Positions 12,501 through 23,113 of a DNA stretch of 64,000 nucleotides are shown piece by piece. Origin of the DNA: Octopus vulgaris (Eukaryota). Position 1 is the first letter of the stretch; the number at the start of each line of letters is the position of its first letter. The position numbers and the translations under genes were made by a program. Under the pieces are notes generated by a model that did no database searches, had not been told where the DNA came from, and saw only the letters and a list, made by a program, of their open reading frames with translations. The DNA lies in assembly GCA_951406725.2 (NCBI GenBank), contig OX597820.1, forward strand, positions 61,380,001 to 61,444,000. The letters run 5' to 3'.

Positions 12501-14212
12501 CACATACCAACACACACACACACACATACACACAGTAACATAATATGTGCATATAAAAAAATGAATATCGCTTTTGCTTCAATGACAGCTGGTTCTAGTT
12601 GCATGGTGAACATAACTATACACTTGTTGTAGTTTTATGGAAATGGCTGGGCAAGCATTCCACAAATACTTGTACTTTTAATATAACTGTCAGGCAGACT
12701 CAGTATGACATATCTGACAAGATTGGGCCCTCAAACAGCAGTCCAGAAAAATTACCTTCATAGGACTAGTTCTGTTACTTCTGGAGAGGATTCATCTGAG
12801 ACTCTGAGATGAATCTTCTATACAAGAAATGTAGCTGTACCAGTCAGAGTCACTTATTTACTCTTTTACTGGTTTCAGTAATTTGACTGTGGCCATGCTG
12901 GAGCACCACCTTTAGTCGAGCAAATCGACCCCAGAACTTATTCTTTGTAAGCCTAGTACTTATTCTATCGGGTTTTTTTTTACCAAACCGGTAAGTTACG
13001 GTGATGTAAACACACCAGCATTGGTTGTCAAGCGATGGTGGGGTGTAAACACAGATGTACAAGTACATATATATACACAATGGGCTTCTATCAGTTTCCG
13101 TCTACCAAATCCACTCACAAGGCTTTGGTCAGCTCAAGGCTATGGTGGAAGACACTTACTTATCCAAGGTGCCACACAGTGGGACTGAACCCAGAACCAA
13201 GTGGTTGGTAAGCAAGCTACTTACCACACAGCCACTTAAACATCTACTCTGAAATCTCTGCTCTCTTCCACTATCAGCTCTAACACACTGTTACACAGAC
13301 TACAATGGATGGTGTTGTGATAATGAGGCAGTCTGACCTCTTCAAAGGTCGAAACACTTCCCTATTTTACCATAAATTGCCCTTAGTCTATATCCACCAC
13401 AGCTCATATCCACCACCATATTGCAACTCATCTCCTCCACTCTCCTCTCTTCTACAGCAAACAACCTCATCATTTCTATACTACACTTCCTTCCTAAGAT
13501 CCCTAAGTCCAACACTCTTAGTCACCCCATCATTTCTGCCGGTAACAGCCTCACTGAACTTATCTCTAAATATCTCCACTAACTCTTCTCTCTCCTAGCA
13601 GCAGCCCTCTTATGATATACCCATGACACCAAACACACTTTCCATCTATTTGACTCCTTCTCCTACTTGCCTGGCCCCTTTTCAAGGAGGTATAAGTGAT
13701 GATAGTTCTAGCTAGTGTCATGGATATATTGCAATGAATACACTCAGTTAAGAAGACATATTTAGTATGTTGATAAAGGACACACACATCCAACAGCTTT
13801 CTACATGTACATACTATCCTCCAAATTCTAGTTGCCCCAAAGCAATAGTAGAGTACCCAAAGTGTTGCACACTGCATTCAAACACAGTACCACATAATTG
13901 CAAAACAAACTTGCAAACCATATGGTTATGCAGTACATATGAATTTCCGGTTTTTTTTCCAATAAAATCAAAAGCATTGCTATGTTTCAATGACGATTCT
14001 CAACAACTCAAATTGCAGAGAAGCAGGATGTTTTAACACTATACTATGTCAAGGAGACTCACGATATTTAAATTGTGAAAAACATGTGAATATACTGTCA
14101 TTACTAAATAAGGACAATATTCTATCAACACTTCTTCTAGAGAGTGAAAAATTATTCTCATATTTCAATCGTATTCTTAACTCCATATTTTTAACATATG
14201 TATGTATGTCTG

Positions 14213-14250
<38 letters not shown>

Positions 14251-17200
14251 TAGTCAAATTTTAAAATTACAACCCAAAGTTTGAATTCGTACAAGGTCAA
14301 ATGAGCTTTTTATACTATTAGCACCCTTAAAATGACAAACTGTTAATTAACTGCAATAAGGAAATATGAAGATTAAGTATATTAGTTACTGGTATGCTTG
14401 ATTGTAATTAAGAGTTGGCATGTGGTCCATAACCAAAGTAACTGGTTAGAAATCATAAATTTGAATTCAGTAATGAATGTATAATTTACTGTTTTTGTAT
14501 TTAATTTGCAAGATTCATGAATTGAAACATGTTCAGTTGTGTCTTGGCAGAGTCATTATATCAGCAATAAACACATGCACTGGCCCTATTTCACATCTTT
14601 TATTATGATTAGTTAATTGAAGCTGGCAGGTTCTTTAGCACATCGATTGAAATGTTTAGTGGCTCTGAGTTCAAATTCCACCGAGGTTGACTTTGCCTTT
14701 CATCCTTTCTGGGTTCAATAAAATAAGCACCAATAAAATCAACTTACACCTCCTCTGAAATTGCTGGCCTTGTGCCAAAATTTGAAATCATTATTATTAG
14801 TCAATTGGTTAAACCATTTAACCAATTACCTACTCAACTGCTTGATTAATCAAGCTAGACTAATCGACTAGGTTAGTCAAAGTCCTTTCATTGCTATTCA
14901 TGATCTCGTTGATTGGTTGAAATTACTCAAATATGACAACTTTAACACAAAATAACTTCTGAAATACCAAATTTTGACAAAAATGTTCAAAGTAGACCAT
15001 GTTCGTGTTAGACATTCCATCAAAGTTTCAAACCGTTTAGTTAAAAAAAAAATTACTTTAAAAATCTGAGAGCCAAACTGAAAAGATCCTTATTGGTTAC
15101 AGGTCAAGGCCAACTAGAAAACTTGTAACCATTTGCTCATAGCTCATTTTCCTCATTCAGGAATATAGGCCATGGCACACCCAATATCTAGGTAATATGC
15201 TGAGCCTAAAATTGAGAATCACTATTGCTCTCAGACTGAGAGCCACAATATGTGAGCCAACTTAACATTATAATGCACAAATTGACACAAGAGCTTATTA
15301 TGGTTATCTTGTTGCTTCAAATGAGAATATTTCCACACCTTGCTTGGGTTGTTTCAACTTTGAACTTTATTTCTGAACTTAGGACTAAAATAGTCAAAGT
15401 AATCAGAGAGACAGTAGAGTAATTGGCTCCAGGAGAGGATTGCCATTGCCATAATGAAAGATAACCCAACATGCATAGTGCCCTGTGCAGTGACTTGTAA
15501 CTAAGAATGGCACTAGATATTCAGCACCCTACACAAGCCCTAAAATATGTGTCCCTTCTCCAATATTTTTAACAACTTACAGCCATCGCAAGCTGGAAAA
15601 TGCAACTGAAAAATTATAATCAAAGTTTGAACAAGAAATTTATAATTTTATAATCAAGCATATCACCAAGTAGGTCTGGCATAACTTGAAGCATTCCATG
15701 CCAGGCAAGCCATAATATCAAATGAACATTTCAGCTCCTTCTCCCCACTTTACCCCTTTCCTTCATCCTCCTCTGTCCTGGGAGTGACCTCATTGACTCT
15801 CTTTATATCTAGGTTTATGTGTTTTCAGTCTGATTGAAAAATTATATCAAACTTGTTCGGTATTTTTCTGGCACCAGCAGATTTTATCACCCTAGGCAAT
15901 TGCCTTGTTTTTCTAGTGAGTATCACTGATTCTATTTGTCTCAGTAATGATTTTCTTTTAATGGATGCTATAACAAGCTCAGAGACCAAGAAGAAAAGAT
16001 TTCAAAGCCATACAAGTTTATATTATGAATCAGCTATTACATAAATGTTTGTATACTTGTGAGAGAGAAAAAAGACAGAACTGTTGACAGTTTGGGTACA
16101 TCTAAATAACTTTAAACAAATACTATAAAAGGGCTAAGAGGGGAAATGAGTACAAGATAATATGTAAATGTAACGAAAAATGTAACATTAAAGATAACTC
16201 CATCCATCTTAATTTTGAATTTGAAACATGGAATATTATTCATTTATTTCTGTTACCATAGCAGAAGACTAGATTTAGTGAAAATAAATTGGAAACATAT
16301 TGCGCAAGATAACACCGCAAGGAAAGTATTGCAGGCTATCCTTTTGTTTATTTAAAACAATGAACTTAAACAAAACCTCACACCTATAGAAACAATCCTG
16401 AATTCAGTTCTCAAGTAGTTGCTTTCCAACAACAACCACTTCCATTTATCAACATCCTATCATTACTTTTCAATCCCGTTTCTCCCAATTCCAGGCAACG
16501 TCTAGTTTTTTCTTTCTTAGCAGATAAACAGAATCCACAACTAACAACATAAGACCCTCTAATGCTTTCAATTACGCTCCCAATTATGAGGCTTCATAGT
16601 TTTAGTTGAGCTGGCAAAATATTGTAATACATGGAAATACTTCATCGAACTGGTTTAAAAAGTAACATGGAGTAATAGCTGTTAACTCAAGATACAGTAG
16701 TTAGATTACATTATCTTGACCAATTCCTGGTTATTGTTTATTTAATAATTCAGCATAGTAGATTTGCTTCTATTTCCTCCCAAATTCTATTTCCTGAACT
16801 AAATGCTTCAATTGCAACATGACACATTTTCATCAACATTTCATGCCAGCCTCATCTGGCACCTGTGTTGGTGGCACATAAAATCACCCACTACACTCTC
16901 GGAGTGGTTGGCGTTAGGAAGGGCATCCAGCTGTAGAAACACTGCCAGATCTGACTGGCCTAGTGCAGCCTTCCGGCTTCCCAGATCCCCGGTCGAACCG
17001 TCCAACCCATGCTAGCATGGAGAACGGACGTTAAACGATGATGATGATGATGATGATGATGATGAATACAAAAGTATATCAGCATGCTGAAGTACTCGTG
17101 GGATGCATACTTAATCTACTGGTAGTGTGTGAGAGTGGGAACCACCTGATATTGAAATTGTAAATAGTTCAACACTGAAGCATCCAGCTTACACTTTCAA

Positions 17201-17589
17201 AACAGGCATTTCACAATTATTTCTGGGTAAAATAAAAATTAATACAAATACATACAATTTTAAACATTCTAATGAATCTTGTAAATAGAATTATAAGCCT
17301 TCACCATATACTGACTATAGAAAATAGTCTAATATAAGAGCATACAAATTCTCTTTACAAAATTTTACTCCTCATTGTTTCCTAACTCATGCAGAATTCA
17401 GACATTTTAATTAATGCTAAGCCCTTTAGTATTTAAACAGGCCATATCAGGCCCAAATACTCTACCTGTTTTATATTCAAAATGGCCAGATCTGGCCTCT
17501 CACACCAACCCTACAATATCATTCTAAAAATTAAGTTACCCCATCAAAATTTCACAAGCACAAGATAATGCAAAACTAATTCAAAACAT

Positions 17590-18090
17590 TTCTATATGTA
17601 AGAGATGAGGAATTGTGTACATTATTTACATTTGACGGATATTTGTCCTCATCTTGTTTGTTGTTAACACAACGTTTCAGCTGATATACCCTCCAGCCTT
17701 CTTCAGGTGTCTTGGGGAAATTTTGAATCTGGGTTCTCATTCCTAAGGTATTTTTTTCAATGTTGTTATTCTTATTATTATTATTATCAATATTATTATT
17801 ATTATTGTTATTGTTCAGGTCACTGCTTGGAATTGAACTTGGAATCAAACACGGGCATATAGCATAGTGGTTAAGAGCACAGGCTACTAACCCCAAGATT
17901 CCAAGTTCAATACCAAGCAGTGACCTGAACAATAATAATAATAACATTGAAAAAAAAATACCTTAGGAAATCAGAACCCAGGTTCAAAATTTCCTCAAGA
18001 CACCTGAAGAAGGCTGGAGGGTATATCAGCCTAAACGTGTTAACAACAAACAAGATGAGGACAAATATCGTCGAATGTAAATAATGTAAA
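17590..18090. mobile_element. Inverted (head-to-head) pair of a tRNA-headed SINE-like element with a Penelope-type minimal hammerhead ribozyme
   Basis: Arms 17590-17846 (-) and 17847-18090 (+) are reverse complements. 13-bp TSD TAATTCAAAACAT at 17577-17589 and 18091-18103. tRNA-like head at about 17853-17915. Confidence 0.75.
17666..17711 (-). ncRNA. Minimal type I hammerhead ribozyme motif
   Basis: GACAC CUGAAGA AGGCUG-(10 nt)-CAGCU GAAA CGUU GUGUU. Helix I is GACAC/GUGUU, the core is intact, helix III is the ACGU palindrome and the cleavage triplet is GUU. The plus-arm copy (17999-18040) has GAAA changed to TAAA. Confidence 0.7.
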
Positions 18091-18614
18091 TAATTCAAAA
18101 CATGTTAATAAATAAACATTACTTTCGACAGAATAATGTGAATGCTAATTATGTGTACCCCTTATTTAATATGATATTTACATGTATAAAACAACTCAGA
18201 AGAAATTATAGTTACGTGAAATGAAGCAGAATCAATGTCAGTAGCTATTCATGCATCATAAGGCAATAATAAACTGAAAACAATCTTGATAAACGGAAAA
18301 ATATGCTAATGGAAACTAGAGCAACAACAGATAACAGCTGTCCATCTCCAAAAACAACCAACCCTTCAAATCCACTCCTTGTATTTAGCAAAGATATCCT
18401 GGTCTTGTCCCACTTATAATGGACTATTTGTTTAATCTAGCTTTAATCTGAAGTAACAGAAGACAATAAGGGAAATATGGGTGTGATACAAAATTAAAAC
18501 TTAATAGTGGCTAATAAGCTCTTTAGAATTCCAGATGTTTATTGCATATCACTTACAATAAATCGGTGTACATCCACTCATTTTTGTTACCTTAACGATA
18601 TAACTAAGGGGGAA

Positions 18615-18770
18615 TTACAACCGTATTTCGTGGTCTGCTACAACAGCTCCTTTATAGGATCCAGTTAGATCAAAACATCATCAGGAGGAACCACGTCCGG
18701 TTTCGGCCCCTACTCCTCTTCCATTTTGACGTGGCGGGGCCCCCCCTTTCGGAGGTGTCTTCAGCTCTGG
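18615..18770 (-). other. GC-rich structured element with a pseudoknot and two hammerhead-like cores (possible Penelope-like pLTR remnant)
   Basis: CUGAAGA...GGCCCC/GGGGCC-GAAACCGG and CUGAUGA...CGAAA. Crossing pair GCCACGUC/GACGUGGU. GAAA-capped hairpin CCUCC/GGGGG. Confidence 0.45.
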
Positions 18771-20370
18771 TGTTGGGTGCATGTCTTCTTTCTTCTTCTT
18801 TCTTCTGTTCCCTAGCCTCTTTAATGTATGTATTTTCTCATTTTAACTTGTGCACCTTATTTGGTAACAGTTTGCTGAGCATCAGTTGTATATTTTATTT
18901 ACACGTAAATATATTCATGACAAATGTCATAATTATTTTCCTCTCAATAGAAGTGCAAGTATGGCTGAGTGGTTATGAAGCTTGTTTTGCAACCACATGG
19001 TTTCAGGTTCAGTCACACTGCATGGTACCTTGGGCAATTGCCTTCTCCTTATAACCCTGGGATGACCAATACCTTGTGAGTTAATTTTGGTAGATGGAGG
19101 CTGTGTGGAAACCTATGATGTGTGTGTGTGTTTACTACCACCATTACCACCACTTGATAACCAGTGTTGGTTTGTTTACAGCTCTATAACTTAGCAGTTT
19201 GGTAAAAGAGACAGCTAGAACTAGTGCCAGACTTAAAAATAAGTACTGAGGTCAATTATTTCAACTAAATCCTCCAGGCCACTGCCCCAGCAATCGAATG
19301 ACTGAAACAAGTAAAAGGAAAGAGATTTTTAAAAATATAGTAATAAGTATAAATTTCTAACTTTAAATCATCAAATGTCTTAATGTTGTCATGGCCATTG
19401 TCATACTATGATACAATTATAAAACTATTCTTCAAGTTTGCTAATAATAGAACTTTTGGCATGTTTAAATCATGTTTTGTACCCATGAAACCCCAATGAA
19501 GATTTTACAGTTTTTATGTAGCATTATCTAGAGCAAATCAGCCAGCTGTACAAAGCCTATCCCTTTCCAAGTCATAGCCATGAGAAAAATTCATCACATC
19601 CTTGCAAGTAAACAAAATGCACGTCAATGTTACGTCATTCCTGCTGCATACACAGGAAGTTTCAACATACTGTATTATCTGTTTAGCACAAGGTGAATGG
19701 AATTAGAATTAAATGACCGATCCAACCTATCCCAGCACAGACAACAGACATTAAATGATGACGATAATGATGATCAATGATCAATGCAGAGACAGATATG
19801 GAATATGAAATAGGGACCCTTTGATCAACAAGCCACCATCCTGTTAAGTCAACCGGTTAAGGCTCTCACAATTTGAATATAAAAATCAGAAAAATTAAAC
19901 ACTATTATTTCAATAGACATATCTTCATTTTACTCTTTTACTTTTTTACTTGTTTCAGTCATTTGACTGCGACCATGCTGGAGCACTACCTTTTAGTCAA
20001 CCAAATCGATCCCAGGACTTATTCTTTGTAAGCCCAGTACTTATTCTATTGGTCTCTTTTGCCAAACCGCTAAGTTATGGGGATGTAAACACACCAGCAT
20101 CGGTTGTTAAGCAATGTTAGGGAGACAAACAGGCACACAAACACACATATATAAACATATACATATATACGACGGGCTTCTTTCAGTTTCCATCTGCCAA
20201 ATCCACTCACAAGGTTTTGGTCGGCCCTGGGACTGAACCTGGAACCATGAGGTTGATAAGCAAGCTACTTACCACACAGTCACTCCTGCGCCTACTTATC
20301 TTAATCTGTTTTTCATTAATTTTTATTCCAGTACCCATGACAGATAATTCTCATCTGCTAATTCTCAATC

Positions 20371-20548
20371 AGTACTATGACAAAATTCCCCCAGATATAA
20401 TCTCCCAGCAGCCAATATCCCCTGGGATATTGTTCTTTCTTTACAATAAAAATATTTTAGGAAAGTGAAATTAGATAAAAAAAAATTTAGATATTTATTG
20501 GTTGATATTTTTGTGTAAAATTTGTCCGGTGGGATTTTGTCCCGCTAC
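20371..20548. mobile_element. Small foldback MITE (degenerate)
   Basis: Terminal inverted repeats GACAAAATTCCCCCAGA / TCCGGTGGGATTTTGTC with internal subrepeats. Confidence 0.45.
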
Positions 20549-21163
20549 TGCTATGATTTATGTGCATGCTTTTATCATGAAACACCTATATGAGAAGATC
20601 TCTCAAGGCTAATAACGCAGCATTCAGTGTTCTAACAAGACAGCCATGTTAAGATGGATATAAAGATTACATTTTGATATTAATACTGATTCTGTCACTA
20701 ATAATTAATTTTTAATAAGCCTATGGGCTATTTGCAACATCAGTATCTGAGAAGATGGCAATATTCTATATATAGTGACAGTGAGATATGACTGGAATGT
20801 GGTGATCAAATACTTCCCACTGATGAATGAAATCACATGATGTGGGGTTTCCAGTGTCCATAGCAGATGATTCCTCTCAGCCACAATCCAGGTGTATGCT
20901 TTTATGCAATAAATGCTTATATGAGAGGATCTCTTAGGTTAATAATACCACTTTTCATTGTTTAATCATCTGCTATAATAATACTCTAGTGTTTTCTTCA
21001 TCACAACATATAAATGAGAAAGGAAAGGGTGATGGCAAACTGGTGGGATGGTGAACATTTCAATGCTGAAAAAAAAACTCATTTCAACTCTGTGTGAGTA
21101 TATGTGTGTGCATGTACAAGGGAAGTATGTGAACATTGACAAATGTATTAATTTGACTTACCA

Positions 21164-21525
21164 TCCATATCTCTATATAATAAAAGGCAAAATGTTTGCG
21201 TATGTGTCCTTTATACAAATCCACAATTTTTCAGTTAGAGGGCTCGCACTTTCTATGGCATTTAAAACAATCCAATGGTGGTCGTGCACATCTTTACATT
21301 TCCCCAGTCACCCCGCAAAGCCATTCAAAATAGAAGTGATTCTTGGTGAATTTTCTATCCAAAACCCAATCAAAATGCCCGAAACTTGATACGCCAATTG
21401 AATGCCAGCTAGCTGTATGTGATTGGTCAGAGATTTGAACAGTACTCGCGTGTATGTGCACACGCACACAGCTGTATATGCAAGCACTAGTACTATGACC
21501 CGGCGTTGCCGGGTCATAGTGCTAG
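21164..21525 (+). mobile_element. Non-autonomous Helitron
   Basis: 5' end A|TC...TCTCTATATAATAAAAG. 3' GC-rich hairpin ATGACCCGGC-GTT-GCCGGGTCAT and terminal CTAG|T. No TSD. Confidence 0.75.
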
Positions 21526-22770
21526 TTTGTATATAAAATTCTACAATTAACCATCATTTTTGTAACCTGTAGCAGACTTCATTTCTCTAGAATTGTATGT
21601 ATCCTTCTGCACATTTTTATTCACTTCAATATTTTTAAAAATATGATGTCTTACTTCACTGAATTCTTTTATTGTATTGTACTATTGGGCTGACTGGCAC
21701 TTAGTGAACAGGTTGAATGAGTTTACAACAGGTTTATTCAAAAAGTTGAATAAATCTGTATATAGCTTATTCAACCAGCTGAATAAGCAGCCATAAAGGA
21801 AACTTGAAAAACCTAGTCAATCTATAATAAATATGATTCTACTCAAGTATTGAGTCCTTTCATCAGTAAATGTTCGTTGTTGTTTATAACTACACAACTT
21901 AACTCCAAAATATATATTTGCATTGCATCATTTTCTTCAATAAGCAGTCAATGTCTTGCATATATTCTAAATAAGGAACAATGCAATTTTGGAACAGAAA
22001 ATGTAATTAGCCTCCTGGTATTTATAGTCTTAATACTCACTTCTAATTAAATGTTGTTCTTCTTTAGTCTTAGGTTGAGCAGACCTGAGACTGAACATTT
22101 CTTTATTTTTCTTTAAGAGTATTTAGGACTACATTATCTCGTGCTTATTTTCCTTTCTTAACAACAGGGTAGGGTGTAACTTAAAGGAGATATGGTTGCT
22201 TATTCCAAGATCTTGTGTAGGCTTTTGTTAGATATAGCTAAATGATTTTGCAATTTTTTTCCATTTTATGTTAATTATTTTTCATGCTTACATGGGCCAA
22301 ATGTATTTTTCTCGAGTACAGCATCTTGCCACTTGTTGCAGCCGCTTTTCATCTCCTTTGTGAGAGTCAGTCCCTTGAGATCTGCTTTCAATATTACAGC
22401 TTCTCTTTCTAGGGTCAATAAAATAAGTATCAGCCAAGTACTGGGATCGATGTAATTGTCTTGCCCCACTCCCTACCCGAAATTGCTGGCCTGGTGCCAA
22501 AATTTGAAACCAAAATTACAATTTCTCTCATCTTCTTCCACAGATGGCTAAATACTTATAAACATAACTATCTAACTGTATCTAATTATATAGGTTGATT
22601 TGGCTTGGAGTTAATATGCTGTGTAATATCTAATTAAAGAATGCTATTGGTATTACAGCAACTGTTAAATATATCAGTTACATCTTTATGGTAAACCAAA
22701 AGGTTATAAAATCAAAACAAAAATGGCAACAGTATGGCAAAATTATATATGGTATGAATTTAGTTTAGAG

Positions 22771-23113
22771 CAGGCCAGGCCAACTCGAATTACATTGTGG
22801 GCCACTTTAATCACAGAAAGTTCTTTGAGGGTTGCTTGTATACTTTATGCACTAATAGTCAAATAATCAAATTTCAGAATCAAGAATTTTTCATACTTTT
22901 CATTTTTTTTAAATTGTAGGCTATTGCTTTATTGCCATTTTAAAATTTTAAACTTATATTGAAACAAATGTTTTACACAAACAATTTTATTTTGAAATTA
23001 AACACAATACTACAAGAAAGTATCAAGCGGGCCACAAAATAAAAGTCTGCAGGTTGCAAGACAAAAGCCTGTAGGCCACATGCAGCCCACAGGCCTCAGG
23101 TTGGCCAGCCCTG
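22771..23113. mobile_element. hAT (Charlie/Buster-type) MITE
   Basis: Perfect 8-bp TSD GTTTAGAG at 22763-22770 and 23114-23121. TIRs CAGGCCAGGCCAAC / GTTGGCCAGCCCTG. Subterminal GGGCCAC motifs. Confidence 0.85.

Larger units (their letters stand above)
17419..18150. mobile_element. piggyBac-like MITE (family 2) interrupted by the hammerhead-SINE insertion
   Basis: Begins CCCTTTAGTATTTAAAC. Homologous to 25313-25470 (TTAACCCTTTAGGATTTAAAC). The sequence resumes after 18103. Confidence 0.55.

Noticed and set aside
18670-18720. TCC-TGA-TG on the minus strand, resembling the antizyme +1 frameshift site
   Set aside because: The +1 frame stops after five codons (GAT GAT GTT TTG ATC TAA), and there is no antizyme-like ORF2.
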